64,000 nucleotides of DNA, from the IMG/VR virus record IMGVR_UViG_3300009512_000010, positions 1 through 64,000 of that record; one strand, 5' to 3'. Positions within the stretch are counted from its first letter, which is position 1. Every line of letters begins with the position of its first letter. Both the position numbers and the translations under genes were made by a program. The stretch is from a virus. Below the pieces are notes generated by a model. That model was not told the origin of the DNA and made no database searches. It saw nothing but the letters and a program-made list of their open reading frames with translations. Positions 1-10,696 of this stretch are shown here, in pieces.

Positions 1-2700
1 AAATGGGTTAATGTTCATGAATTCGGTAGCTTGTGGTTGATCAATATAGTTTTGGTTTGTGTGATTAAGGTAAACGCTATCACCTTTAAGAATTACACCT
101 GTAGATAGATCACTATCGTAAAGCATTCTTACGTTTGCTTCTGAGAACCAAGGGCGCATTAGTTTAGCTTCTGGATCAATAGATGCTCTATAGTCTGCCG
201 ATTGGAAGGATCTTGCTTGATCAGCAAAGTTATCTACAAAGAAACCTGATTTAGTTCTGTTGTTTCCAGTTGCGTCTAGAACATTAAACGAATTGGTTTC
301 CAATTCAAGAAGGCTCAATGCTGTAGATTCTTCTAGTCTATCGATACGTTCTTCGATCTTACCGATGTCACGCATAGTAAAACGTTTGGCTCTAATAGTA
401 GTGGATGTTACATCTGCGTCATTGATTGTGAATGGGTTCATGTTCACGTGGAACATATCCAAAGCATTTGTAGGAATTGGTGGCAACATTGGGTTTACAC
501 TAGGTTCACCTTCAATTGCAGTAACATTACTTTCCCTATCAATAACAACACGTACTTTTTTACCCAAGTAGTATTCTGCATCACATGAGATCAAGCTTGT
601 GTTCTTAGGCATCTCGTTAATACGAGCACCAGAACCAAAGTTGCCAGATGAGTTAACTGTTGAACGGAAATCTAGAACATTTCTTAAATTAACTTCTGCA
701 CCGTTTGATTGAGTGTATGATGGAATATCACCATAATCAATCTGTCCAGTGTAAGAGTTAACAGCAAAGAAATCGCCAGATGCGCCGTGTGTGAAGTGCT
801 TATATCTCACAAACACATCAGCCGATTGAGTAACTCCAGCTTTCTTAACCATCCTACCATTTAGATAAGCAAAGTCACGTTGACCATTATCCAAGTCATA
901 AGATGTTGTTAAATCCGCACCATCTGAATCTGCAAGAGTAATTCTCTCAATGCTACTAATATCAGCTTTTGTGAAGTTTAGATTTCCAGATGCATCTGGA
1001 GTAATAGTCTCTGTAACTTCTGTTATGCTCTTGGTTCTAACAGTACCAGCAGATTTATTAACATATGTTAAGACCTCATAAGTACCATCTGGAATGTTAC
1101 CACCAATTGTACTAGCTGTACCACCAGCACCACTGAATGTAATGTTTGTGTTGACATCTGAGTCTGCATGTGCCGCAATCCAAGCACTAGTATCCGCAAA
1201 GGTTTCTCCTGTTGCAGTTAGTGTAAGTGTACCAGACTGACCAGAAACAACCGCACTACGTTTACGCTGTGTAGTTAGTGTGATGTCTGTAATAACCTTT
1301 GGACGATCTTCTGGTAATGGGAATAATAGACTTGTAGCCGCTTCGTCTTTAAACGCCGCTAGGGAGTTTTCAAGCACTAGTGTCATGTAGTCTGTAGAAC
1401 CAGTACCAAGCGACTTAATGTTGTTTTTGTTCTTGTTAGCATTGATCTTAATGTCAAACAGGTAAACTCTAAAGTTTGCGCCATCTTCTTCAACAGATCT
1501 TACACGTGCTGTACCGATAAGAGTTCCTGTACCTGCTGTGTTAGGGTATAGGTTTACCAGTGCAAATGTGTCAATGTTTGGCAGACCTTTGTTTCCAGAA
1601 CAAATAACATACTGACCGTATGCCGCCGCAACAACGTTATTGTTTTCTGTGATCGTTGTTCTAGGTTTTGAAACTGGAATTGATAGAGGAGAGTTAATAA
1701 CTGCCCTATAACCATCTACATATGCAACACCCGGAGTAATGTCGAAGTCTAGCTTAGTATCATCAGTTTCATTGGTGTCAAAACTTACTGTAAATCTCTT
1801 GGCAATGTAGTTGCCTGATTCTTCTTTAGTACGAAGAGCCATCCTATCTTCGATTGTATTATAGTTGTCTGTTGGTTCGACTTGCGCCACAATTATACCA
1901 TCAGTAATCTTACAGATATAGATAAAGTTCTCATCTGATGCAACATTAGCCTGATCAGTAATAGTTAATCTAATACGGTATCTGTCAGCACCTGGGGCAG
2001 ACACGTTAGGTGTAGCACCTGAGTTATCATATAATGCTGTAGTGTCTGATACTGTAACAATATCTTGAGTAACTTTAAAACCAATAATAGCATTTGCTGT
2101 CGGTGTATACTTAGAGACGATTAGTGACTGTTCTGCCGCAAATACAAATCTATCGTTAGCAAAGAAGTCACCTGCGTGGATAGAAACTCTAGTACCTTGA
2201 CCAACACATGGGTTAGCAACAGTGTTTGTTGCTTGAACAGTAAGTGTTTCACCACCACCCGATAGAGTATCACCTGCTGATACACGTACTGGTGAAGATC
2301 CACTAGTTCCACCTGACGTGCTTACATATCTTACGTAGATTGTAGCTGGTTCAGATTCTGATACTCGTGCAACTGCCTCATGAACCTGTACGATGATAGA
2401 GTTACCTGTTGAAGTAAACTGCACACCAACAATTGAATTGGTTGGAAGTTCTCCATCAAGTTTAATAAACTCATATCCGTTGTTACAAGTTGTTCCGCCC
2501 GGATTGACTGCCGCACCTTCTTTGAAGATGTTTCTACCCATTCGAGAAATCTCTCGTTGGGTAATAGTTTGCATTTGAGTCAACTCACGAGCTTGTAGAG
2601 CACGACCATTGTTAAAGAGAATTCTGTGATAATTGTCACTATCAGCAAAGTCGTCTTTGTATGTTGACGCAAAAAGGTCTTTTGTAAAGTCTCTAGTCAT
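1..2700 (-). CDS. Large virion structural protein, DUF4815/VrlC-like (3' end runs off the window)
   Basis: Not in ORF track; read manually from ATG at 2700: MTRDFTKDLFASTYKDDFADSDNYHRILFNNGRALQARELTQMQT..., later APGADRYR and KSGFFVDNF motifs typical of this family in marine T4-like phages. Confidence 0.8.
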   Translation of the reverse strand, partial: MTRDFTKDLFASTYKDDFADSDNYHRILFNNGRALQARELTQMQTITQREISRMGRNIFKEGAAVNPGGTTCNNGYEFIKLDGELPTNSIVGVQFTSTGNSIIVQVHEAVARVSESEPATIYVRYVSTSGGTSGSSPVRVSAGDTLSGGGETLTVQATNTVANPCVGQGTRVSIHAGDFFANDRFVFAAEQSLIVSKYTPTANAIIGFKVTQDIVTVSDTTALYDNSGATPNVSAPGADRYRIRLTITDQANVASDENFIYICKITDGIIVAQVEPTDNYNTIEDRMALRTKEESGNYIAKRFTVSFDTNETDDTKLDFDITPGVAYVDGYRAVINSPLSIPVSKPRTTITENNNVVAAAYGQYVICSGNKGLPNIDTFALVNLYPNTAGTGTLIGTARVRSVEEDGANFRVYLFDIKINANKNKNNIKSLGTGSTDYMTLVLENSLAAFKDEAATSLLFPLPEDRPKVITDITLTTQRKRSAVVSGQSGTLTLTATGETFADTSAWIAAHADSDVNTNITFSGAGGTASTIGGNIPDGTYEVLTYVNKSAGTVRTKSITEVTETITPDASGNLNFTKADISSIERITLADSDGADLTTSYDLDNGQRDFAYLNGRMVKKAGVTQSADVFVRYKHFTHGASGDFFAVNSYTGQIDYGDIPSYTQSNGAEVNLRNVLDFRSTVNSSGNFGSGARINEMPKNTSLISCDAEYYLGKKVRVVIDRESNVTAIEGEPSVNPMLPPIPTNALDMFHVNMNPFTINDADVTSTTIRAKRFTMRDIGKIEERIDRLEESTALSLLELETNSFNVLDATGNNRTKSGFFVDNFADQARSFQSADYRASIDPEAKLMRPWFSEANVRMLYDSDLSTGVILKGDSVYLNHTNQNYIDQPQATEFMNINPF

Positions 2701-2716
2701 GTTTTTTTACACCAAT

Positions 2717-4084
2717 TTAAAGTTGAATAACGATTTTAATATCTTCAGTTTGTTCTGCCGATCTAGTAACAGCCGCTCTATTATCTATATACAAAATATC
2801 ACCACTTAATGGGTTTAAATCCCCATTGATAAATGCATTTGTATCACCATCAGCGTTTGCTAATGCAAGAACACCAGAACCAGAACCATCTGTCTCTGAG
2901 ATAGATTCAGCTTCTTCAAACTGAATGAAGCCTGTTGTCTCGTTTTGATGATAGTAGAGGTTATCTGAGTCTACCTTATCGATATATGCTTGAGCACCAC
3001 TTGTGGAACCAAGGATAGTTTTATCTGGACTGAATGCCGATGAGATTGTAGATAGGTTTAGTCTATTAAGAGCATTGCCTGTGTTATCTGTTAGCTTTGC
3101 ACCAGCATGTGTTAGAGGATTTTTGATTAGAGCAACTTGACGGAAATCGTTTCCTACAATGAAGTCACCCTCTTCAATACCTTCTGGTTTTGTGTTGAAC
3201 ATGATTGCTCGTGTTCTTAGATCGTCTCTTGGATCTGCACCCACACCTAATTTAGGACCAAAGATTGGCCTAACAGATGCGCCTGTGCCACCACCACCCG
3301 ATAAGGTAATGCTTGCATACGTGTAGCCCGCACCAAACACAAGTGTTCCAGATGAGTCACGTGCGTCCAATTTAGATACTGCACCACCAGATACCGTGAC
3401 ATCAGCTTTAGCCAATGTGCCACCGTTACCTACGATTGTTGCAGTCGGCGTTGATGTGTAACCTGTCCCACCAGCAGTTACTGTATAACCAACGATTTCT
3501 CCTGCTACTGCCGCATCTTGAATACCCTTTTGCTCAACAATAGATGCTGGGCTATCACTGTCTGTTGAAACAATGAAGGTAACAGGAAGGAAGTTAGCAG
3601 AGAGGAATTTAGATGCTGTTAAAGCACCGATAGAGAATAAGAATTTCCAGACATAACCATCTGCCGTTTTAAATGCGTTTGTGGATGTGCCTGTAGGTTT
3701 AACCGTAGAGTTAACCACATTGCCAGCGGCATTACGACCAGCTTGTAAACAAATGTATACGTGGTTCTCGTCAGTAAAGACATAATATGCAGAGACAGGA
3801 TGTCCTTCGACATTGTCATTAAAACTTGAGTACGTTGCACCCGATGACCAATCTGTGCGTGGAACAACCAAAGACTTATCGGCAACTGCTTTGACAGACT
3901 GCAATGAAAGTCCCAAGTTACGAGTATCTCGTTGTGCGTTCTTAGGTGTGGGTGCGGTATCTGTACCGTCCCATGTCTCCGAACGACCTAAGCCAATGTA
4001 ATAGTCATTTGCCGCACTATCAATATCAGTAATGATATTAGTTAATAGTTGCTTTTTGAGTGTGTCTGTAATAATCGCTGTCAT
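2717..4084 (-). CDS. gp8: Baseplate wedge subunit gp8
   Basis: VPRTDWSSG, YVFTDENHVYICL, TADGYVWKFLF, NDFRQVALIKNP, ILYIDNR...EDIKIVIQL motifs; synteny. Confidence 0.9.
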   Translation of the reverse strand: MTAIITDTLKKQLLTNIITDIDSAANDYYIGLGRSETWDGTDTAPTPKNAQRDTRNLGLSLQSVKAVADKSLVVPRTDWSSGATYSSFNDNVEGHPVSAYYVFTDENHVYICLQAGRNAAGNVVNSTVKPTGTSTNAFKTADGYVWKFLFSIGALTASKFLSANFLPVTFIVSTDSDSPASIVEQKGIQDAAVAGEIVGYTVTAGGTGYTSTPTATIVGNGGTLAKADVTVSGGAVSKLDARDSSGTLVFGAGYTYASITLSGGGGTGASVRPIFGPKLGVGADPRDDLRTRAIMFNTKPEGIEEGDFIVGNDFRQVALIKNPLTHAGAKLTDNTGNALNRLNLSTISSAFSPDKTILGSTSGAQAYIDKVDSDNLYYHQNETTGFIQFEEAESISETDGSGSGVLALANADGDTNAFINGDLNPLSGDILYIDNRAAVTRSAEQTEDIKIVIQL

Positions 4085-4095
4085 TTTCTATGTCC

Positions 4096-5088
4096 TTAAG
4101 AAGCAACTGTTTTAGAGGCTAAGTGCCAGTTTGCACCATCCCACATCATGAAACCAGCTTCATGTGCCGCAAATGCTACTGTTGATGGGTTACCTGTACC
4201 GACTAAGCTTGTTACCGTTACTGTAGCAGTACCTATTCCCCTATTCACAAAGTATTTAGTCTCGCCAGTAATCGTCCCATCTGCCATCGTAATAGCAAGT
4301 GCAGAAGACGCATTGAAGATTGTTAGAGGAATTGTTAGGTTTACTGCGCCATCGCCTGTTAAAAAGTGTTCACGATGCACAATTTTGTTATTGATATTAA
4401 CTGCACCAGTACCCTTAGAAGCTAGAATAAGAGATACGTTAGTGTCATCCCCATCTGCCGAAATTGAGGGGCTGTTGCCTGTTGCGGAGTTCGTAACCAA
4501 GATCTGGTTCACTGCCGATGCAGTAGCTGTTACTTTGATCAACTCAGCACCGTTGGTGTCGTTGATACTAGTACCAATCTTACCTGTGTTGATAAGAGGA
4601 GATGTTAATGTCTTAGCCGCCAATGTCTGAGTAGCCGCCGCAAATACGAAAGTATCATTAGTGCCAAGTACAGGCAATGTGATGTTGCGATCAGCCGCTA
4701 GTTCACTTGCTACAACCATATACTTATGGTCTGAAGACAAGTCGTTGATTTGTGGTGTAGTGATAATAGGTGTAGTCAATGTCTTATTAGTCATTGTCTG
4801 TGTAGCGGTATTGGAGATCAATTCAGTACCGACTATAGGAAGAGATAGTGTAATATCACCAGATGGATTGCCAGCCGCCAAAGTTGTCTCATGCTGATCA
4901 ACATTAGTGCCTTCAAAGACAATGCCCTGATCGGTCATAGTGATGCCTGCGCTCAACTCACCTGAGTCGCCACCAAGCATCTCATAAACTTCTGCGAAGT
5001 TCTGATTAATTTTAAGACCAGCTACTCTGAGAGTATCGCCAGTTCCGTCATTAGCATTAGTGCCTCTGTCTATGTTCTGTCTTGCCAT
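4096..5088 (-). CDS. Baseplate wedge/tail fibre connector, gp9/gp10-type N-terminus
   Basis: MARQNIDRGTNANDGTGDTLRVAGLKINQNFAEVY N-terminus; TQTxTNKTLT fibre-like repeats. Confidence 0.75.
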   Translation of the reverse strand: MARQNIDRGTNANDGTGDTLRVAGLKINQNFAEVYEMLGGDSGELSAGITMTDQGIVFEGTNVDQHETTLAAGNPSGDITLSLPIVGTELISNTATQTMTNKTLTTPIITTPQINDLSSDHKYMVVASELAADRNITLPVLGTNDTFVFAAATQTLAAKTLTSPLINTGKIGTSINDTNGAELIKVTATASAVNQILVTNSATGNSPSISADGDDTNVSLILASKGTGAVNINNKIVHREHFLTGDGAVNLTIPLTIFNASSALAITMADGTITGETKYFVNRGIGTATVTVTSLVGTGNPSTVAFAAHEAGFMMWDGANWHLASKTVAS

Positions 5089-5119
5089 TGGTTGATCTCT
5101 ATTCTAAATCTGTTATCTT

Positions 5120-5127
5120 TATTTATA
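5120..5127 (-). promoter_or_regulatory. T4-type late promoter TATAAATA
   Basis: Exact TATAAATA on minus strand about 30 nt upstream of the gp9-like start. Confidence 0.8.
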
Positions 5128-5131
5128 AGGC

Positions 5132-6079
5132 TTATGCGGAGTCACTGTCGTACCAAGGGAAATTAACTTCATCAAATGTGTCTAAATCTGTAGACATTCT
5201 TGGTGTACGGTAATCAATCCCAGCACTATCTTCATCAAACGTTGGTGACTGTGTTCCAGCCCACTCTTCAATCGTATCATAGTTTCTATCAAGCTGTTCA
5301 AGTGTGATATTTTCATAATCTTGTAGTTTGCGTAGTAGATCCACACGTGTATCAGTTGGAACAATTCCTGTTGCTTCAAGTTGAGCACCAAAGATTGCTG
5401 TAGCAATACCTTCAACGACTGGATCTGTGTTTGCAACCAAGTCCACTGTAGGCATAACTAGGAGATCTTGTATGTTCTCAGAAACGATTTGTACTTCACC
5501 ACCGATATACATGCCAGCAGGATGCACAAATAGTTTATATGCTTCTTTCCACTCACTAATAGGAATAGGAGCCTTGACAAGCAGTGCATACTTCTGATAT
5601 AGTTTATCATCAATAAGATACTTGAGCGATTCGGATCCAATAGTTGAAGTGCTTTCACCAACATTAAAGATATTTTCCTTAGTGTAAACAACGTCAGGCG
5701 AAATACCAAAGAAAGTTCTAAAGAACTGTTCAATAGAGTATAGTGTACCCTTAGATCTATATAGTGTGTTAGAATACTTAGCCGCCGCACGTTTGTTTTG
5801 GAAGCCCTCAAAATATTGTTGCCCAAGTAATAGCTCGTCTTCGATAAACGATAGGTTAGTTAGATCTGTTGCGGTGATATCTCTACTAACAAATAGATCA
5901 CTTACTAACTTAGAAGGTGAGACATCACTGTCTTCAAATTGGTAGTATGCTTCAAGGAAAGATACTAGTTTAGGATACTCTTCTATAAAGTAACTGGGCA
6001 GAACTTCTTTTACAGAATTGTGATCCTGTAGGGAAAGCTCCCTTCTATTATTATCTTTTAATGTTTTATCTTTTGACAT
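5132..6079 (-). CDS. Baseplate wedge protein, gp7-like
   Basis: LPSYFIEEYPKLVSFLEAYY, YRSKGT..S, HPAG motifs; directly downstream of gp6. Confidence 0.65.
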   Translation of the reverse strand: MSKDKTLKDNNRRELSLQDHNSVKEVLPSYFIEEYPKLVSFLEAYYQFEDSDVSPSKLVSDLFVSRDITATDLTNLSFIEDELLLGQQYFEGFQNKRAAAKYSNTLYRSKGTLYSIEQFFRTFFGISPDVVYTKENIFNVGESTSTIGSESLKYLIDDKLYQKYALLVKAPIPISEWKEAYKLFVHPAGMYIGGEVQIVSENIQDLLVMPTVDLVANTDPVVEGIATAIFGAQLEATGIVPTDTRVDLLRKLQDYENITLEQLDRNYDTIEEWAGTQSPTFDEDSAGIDYRTPRMSTDLDTFDEVNFPWYDSDSA

Positions 6080-6088
6080 GCGTGTTTA

Positions 6089-7912
6089 TTATGTGGTAGA
6101 TACCACAACTCCTGTAGCAAATGATGGACCTGAGTCATATTCAAGAATGTCATTTCTTAGTGGACTAATGGCAGATTGATTGGCAGGAACAACACTTACC
6201 TTGATGAATTGATTTCCGCCAATAACAGAATTGACGTTAAGACCAACGATGCTAACAATCCCTGTTGCGGAATTGTATGAACCAATGTTATCCGATTGCA
6301 CAATCTTACTGCCTAATGCAACGATTTGAAGTTTATTGGATCCTAGTTTGTTTTGTATATTACATGTCGTACCATTAAAGTTAAATGGCGTTGATTTGAC
6401 AATGATGTCTTTATCATCAGCCTCTGCAATTCCAACAGGGTATCTCAGTGTGTGATCCTGTAGCGTATTTGTTGTCGGAGTAAATCTACGTTGCAACTTG
6501 ATGTTAGCACGTGATGATAGAACAGCCGTGTCAACCTCATCAACATCGTTCAATAGATTTGATCTACGGAATGATTGGTTGAACTTTCCGATATTTTCAG
6601 TAAAATACCTATCAATTTCTACCTGTACGTTATCCTGTACGGTTGTCAACGACAATGCGCCAAGCTTAGGGTTGAATTGGAAGAAGATCTCTGTCTCAAC
6701 GAATGTGGTAACTGGATCTTCAAACTTCGTATCAAATCCCACAACCGCAAGTTGCTTAGTTAGATCTACAATAGAGTTTTTTGTTGTTGCAATAGTTTCT
6801 GCTGTTACGTCTGCGTTAAACACGATTGATAAGAACACTGTACCAAATTCTGGTTTAAGAGCATCTTCACCACCAAAGGCTTGAATGTCTTTAATGATTG
6901 TACCAAAATTGCTCAACACAAGGGTAGAGTAATCGACTGCCGTAACCATACGGTTCTGTGTGGCATATTGGAATGGGGCATTCTTACGAATAGAAGCCAT
7001 TGTTTCTGCTTCTGCACCACCAAGAGAGTTGACTACAGTGACTGGTGTTACATCATAGTTTGTACCAAGAACAGATATTCTATTGTTAGCAGTCCAAGCC
7101 GTAGCTCCGTTAGCTTTAGATCCGTTAACTTGCAAGTATTCGATTACAATCTTATTACCTGCAACAGGTGCTTTACCAAGAGTTACGCCATCACCAAAGG
7201 TAATCTCGTAGAAACCATTAGGGGCTTCCTTCATAATATAGAGTTTGGTATTCTCATTGATCGTAGAAGCTTTAGAGATGTTGATATAGTTTGCAAATGT
7301 AGTATCAGTTGATGATTCATATACCTTTACTATGGCAGTTTCCATATCAATGTTCTTGTCTGGAATGACATAAACATCATCCACACTGTCTGGTCCTACA
7401 AAGAAAGTTTTGGTGTGACTATGACCCTCAAGGAGATCAATATTTAAAGATGATGATGGGGTCTTATATGCATAGTACCCAAATCCATTGTCAGTAGCAG
7501 TAACAGTTTCTCTAGTTTGGAATGTGTATGTCACATCATCAACAGTAGCCGTAAACTTAGTACCAGTTGGTAGAGATAGTGTTGAAGGTCTTCCTGATAA
7601 GTCGCCAGTGTTTGTCGTTAGTGTTACAGTACCTCTAGATGCAGTCTTCGACTTAGGGATATATCCAATACCTTCTGCAAGAGACACCAAAGAACTGCGA
7701 AGTTGTGCAGTAGACAAATATGATTCGTTTAATGCGAAGTTGGCAATAAGTGCATTGTAATGGGTATTAGTGGCTAATACGTCCAGAATATTGGACAAGC
7801 CAGATCCTTCAAAGTTATAGTCAGAAAACTCTGCATGTCTTTCAAAGTTTGTCTTTAGGTTGTTCTTGATCGTATCGAAGTCAAGCTCTGTTGATTTAAT
7901 TGTGGTAGCCAT
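6089..7912 (-). CDS. gp6: Baseplate wedge subunit gp6
   Basis: LDFDTIKNNL, DYNFEGSGLSNILDVLA, ESYLSTAQLRSS, QNRMVTAVDY motifs. Confidence 0.95.
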   Translation of the reverse strand: MATTIKSTELDFDTIKNNLKTNFERHAEFSDYNFEGSGLSNILDVLATNTHYNALIANFALNESYLSTAQLRSSLVSLAEGIGYIPKSKTASRGTVTLTTNTGDLSGRPSTLSLPTGTKFTATVDDVTYTFQTRETVTATDNGFGYYAYKTPSSSLNIDLLEGHSHTKTFFVGPDSVDDVYVIPDKNIDMETAIVKVYESSTDTTFANYINISKASTINENTKLYIMKEAPNGFYEITFGDGVTLGKAPVAGNKIVIEYLQVNGSKANGATAWTANNRISVLGTNYDVTPVTVVNSLGGAEAETMASIRKNAPFQYATQNRMVTAVDYSTLVLSNFGTIIKDIQAFGGEDALKPEFGTVFLSIVFNADVTAETIATTKNSIVDLTKQLAVVGFDTKFEDPVTTFVETEIFFQFNPKLGALSLTTVQDNVQVEIDRYFTENIGKFNQSFRRSNLLNDVDEVDTAVLSSRANIKLQRRFTPTTNTLQDHTLRYPVGIAEADDKDIIVKSTPFNFNGTTCNIQNKLGSNKLQIVALGSKIVQSDNIGSYNSATGIVSIVGLNVNSVIGGNQFIKVSVVPANQSAISPLRNDILEYDSGPSFATGVVVSTT

Positions 7913-7913
7913 A

Positions 7914-8354
7914 TTATCTTAACCTCGTAACGAATGTATTGAGTGTAACAGTTTCTTCTGTATTAACTACCTTAAAAGTAATTGAAACAGAAAGCGAATT
8001 TCTATCTGGTTGCAGATTTACATTAATGTCAAGAACTTCAGCACGTGGTTCGTAGATATAAAGTGAACTTTCTATCTGTTCTCTTGCTTCATCAGCAATA
8101 GACTCATCAGCCAATTCGAAGAACAAGGACGTAAGGTCTGCACCGAAGTCCTGATCAAAAGGCTTTTCTAGTCTTCCTGTAGCAACAATGTTCTTAACAC
8201 TTTGTTTAACCGCCGCCGAATCATTCTTTTTATAGATATCGCCTGATGGTCTTTTAGCAAAAGTCAAGTCTATATCTGAATACGATCTTGTGCGAGAAGT
8301 AAGAATACTTTCCACATTCGGATCTTTATCTTCTATTGATAGTACACGTGCCAT
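7914..8354 (-). CDS. gp25: Baseplate wedge subunit gp25
   Basis: YSDIDLTF, AVKQSVKNIV, EKPF...FG, YEPRA motifs. Confidence 0.93.
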   Translation of the reverse strand: MARVLSIEDKDPNVESILTSRTRSYSDIDLTFAKRPSGDIYKKNDSAAVKQSVKNIVATGRLEKPFDQDFGADLTSLFFELADESIADEAREQIESSLYIYEPRAEVLDINVNLQPDRNSLSVSITFKVVNTEETVTLNTFVTRLR

Positions 8355-8378
8355 TGATTATCCTTGAACTTATGCTTT

Positions 8379-8386
8379 TATTTATA
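8379..8386 (-). promoter_or_regulatory. T4-type late promoter TATAAATA
   Basis: Exact motif upstream of gp25. Confidence 0.8.
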
Positions 8387-8392
8387 ACAGTT

Positions 8393-10696
8393 TTACTGAG
8401 GACCTGTGGATGGTGGTGCGATTTCCACTAAACTATCTGATGCCTGTAATGCGTTATTGTATTTGGTTTCAACAACTCCATCATATGTCGCCGTTTCGCC
8501 CACGTAATTTGGAAGTTCGATAATGATTTGAACATTCAGAGATCCATCAGGAGCAAAGGTGTCATAGTCTAGGGTAAGTTTATCGAATTTGCCAATTTCT
8601 GCTAGAGCGCATGCAAGTTCATATGTGGCGTCAAGATCAGAACCTTTGGAGTCGTGCAGTTCGTATACAACTGCCCTACCCTTGCTTCTCAGATCCAGTA
8701 TGCCATCAGGAGTAAGTTCTTCAGTTTCCAATCCATTCGGACCTTCTCTACCATATATTTCCTTAGCATAGAACCCTTCAATAACCTTAAGCCTGTGGTT
8801 TGCAAATTGACCATCCACCCCATTAACAAAGTCTGTTAGTGTAGCGTGTTCAATATAATTATGACCAATTGCCTTTTTATCAGCCAAGCTCAGGTGTTTA
8901 AATGCACCAGCATCGTTGGCATTAATGAACCTAGCAAAGCGTATCTTTTTAATCAGTTTAGTACCTGTACCAATGTGAGTCTTATTGTCCATTGGACCGT
9001 GCCCACCGATAGCGTTTTTAAACACCTTCTTCTTTCGTTTTACACGGAAAGTCTTAGCGGCGGATGAAGAATTTCTTCTAGGAACCCAACCATTTAGGTC
9101 ATCGTCTAGATCAGCATCTCCAAAGCCCGCAAATGGCGGTGGTGGTGCTGACGCTGGATCATATGCAGTAAATGGTGGTGGTGTTGACTCCCCTTCTGGT
9201 GCCGAAATAGTAGTAGATCCTCCACCAGTAGTAGTGGTATTAGTGGTAGTGGTAGTGTTGCCAGAAGTGGTAGTAGTAGTAACATCTGTGTCTTCAGCCT
9301 CTGCAACAGTAACCGTGTTGCCTAAATTAGGACTACTTTGATCCTGTTGAGGTGATGTGGAAGCGTTACCCACAGTTACTGTTCCTCTTTGACAATTGCC
9401 ACCAGCGTTTCTAATTCTACCAAATCCATTAGGTGGTGATGTAGAAGCAAAGCTTGGGTTCAACGTACCAGCACCAACTTGTTTCGCCGTGAAATCTGGA
9501 TTAGCGAGATTGATAGGATCTCTTAACTTGGATCTAACATCACCTTCTTCAAGCACACGTGTACGAAGTGAGGTCTTTAGGAAGTCATCAATATCAACCT
9601 TAACTTTCTTAACACCTAGTTCTGATTTTTCAAGGACAGATTTTAGGATACCAGATGGTGCTGTATATACAGGTGGCTGTTCTGTGTCATCTGCCGTATA
9701 TCCTGCCGCCGAACCTGTGTTACCAGCCGAACCCGGATCAGTATCTGGATCCGAATAGTTCTGAGAGTTTGTTACGTCTGCCGTAATAGATCGAACTGCC
9801 GTACCCTGTAGATCTCCCCAAAATGCAGGTGCTGTTACACCTTCACTGAAGTGCGCACCTTGACCGTGAATTCTCATTTCAAGACCACCGATAGTACCAC
9901 CGTCACCCCAAACATACATTTCTGTTGCTTGCAAATTCATCTTAGGTGATGATTGGATTATACGTGTAGCGGCAGTCAACTCTAGCTTGTCAGAAGCCGC
10001 AATGATATGGCTTCCTTCAGTCGCTTGCTTGTTGTTGCCTTTAATAGCTGTAGTGACATTTCCAAGGTGGGTATTTACTGTACTGCCAACAACCGTATTA
10101 GATGAGTTGCCTGACACAGTCTTACCCTCGTTACCAAATACCTTAGTTCTGGAATGCCCTTGGATAGTCTCTGTTTTGTCATTCTTAGCAGTGAGGTCAA
10201 AACTGTTGCAGTTAACATTAAAGTCGCCCTTGACATTCAAGTTCAAGTCGCCCTCATATGTGAGTGTGCCGTTACCCTCTACTATCACCTTTTGGTCACC
10301 GTGAGTAACTTCAACCTTGTTACTTGTTGCTAAAACAACTACTGTTCCGTCTGGAAGTAATTCAACACCAGCACCACTGTTGTGCTTAATAAGAATACGC
10401 TCACCGCCCGGAGTATCATTGAATTCGAATACGTGACCGCTGACTGTTTCTTTAACATCAGAATGTGGATATACCGTTGAAATTACTGGTGGGAGTTCGA
10501 TATCAGCACCCAACCGTAATCTATGGGTCTTGCCAGAACGTATGGCCTCGTTTACACCTGATTGATTTTCGTATGTTTTCCTTGGGAATTGCTTACTAGG
10601 ATCTCCAAATGCGTCATATGACATACCTTGGGTTTGCGTAAAGCCTGTGCCAAAGCGTTCTTCTCTATCCTTTAGATCGTCTCTTTCCGTTGTCAT
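8393..10696 (-). CDS. gp5 C-terminal part (beta-helix spike) with Thr/Pro linker and extra C-terminal domain
   Basis: YPHSDVKETVSGHVFEFNDTPGGERILIKHNSG followed by V-x-G-N/D repeats characteristic of the gp5 beta-helix. Confidence 0.85.
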   Translation of the reverse strand: MTTERDDLKDREERFGTGFTQTQGMSYDAFGDPSKQFPRKTYENQSGVNEAIRSGKTHRLRLGADIELPPVISTVYPHSDVKETVSGHVFEFNDTPGGERILIKHNSGAGVELLPDGTVVVLATSNKVEVTHGDQKVIVEGNGTLTYEGDLNLNVKGDFNVNCNSFDLTAKNDKTETIQGHSRTKVFGNEGKTVSGNSSNTVVGSTVNTHLGNVTTAIKGNNKQATEGSHIIAASDKLELTAATRIIQSSPKMNLQATEMYVWGDGGTIGGLEMRIHGQGAHFSEGVTAPAFWGDLQGTAVRSITADVTNSQNYSDPDTDPGSAGNTGSAAGYTADDTEQPPVYTAPSGILKSVLEKSELGVKKVKVDIDDFLKTSLRTRVLEEGDVRSKLRDPINLANPDFTAKQVGAGTLNPSFASTSPPNGFGRIRNAGGNCQRGTVTVGNASTSPQQDQSSPNLGNTVTVAEAEDTDVTTTTTSGNTTTTTNTTTTGGGSTTISAPEGESTPPPFTAYDPASAPPPPFAGFGDADLDDDLNGWVPRRNSSSAAKTFRVKRKKKVFKNAIGGHGPMDNKTHIGTGTKLIKKIRFARFINANDAGAFKHLSLADKKAIGHNYIEHATLTDFVNGVDGQFANHRLKVIEGFYAKEIYGREGPNGLETEELTPDGILDLRSKGRAVVYELHDSKGSDLDATYELACALAEIGKFDKLTLDYDTFAPDGSLNVQIIIELPNYVGETATYDGVVETKYNNALQASDSLVEIAPPSTGPQ

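Noticed and set aside
9170-9290. GTA/GTG-rich tract as a non-coding tandem repeat
   Set aside because: It encodes the Thr/Pro linker of the gp5 C-terminal protein
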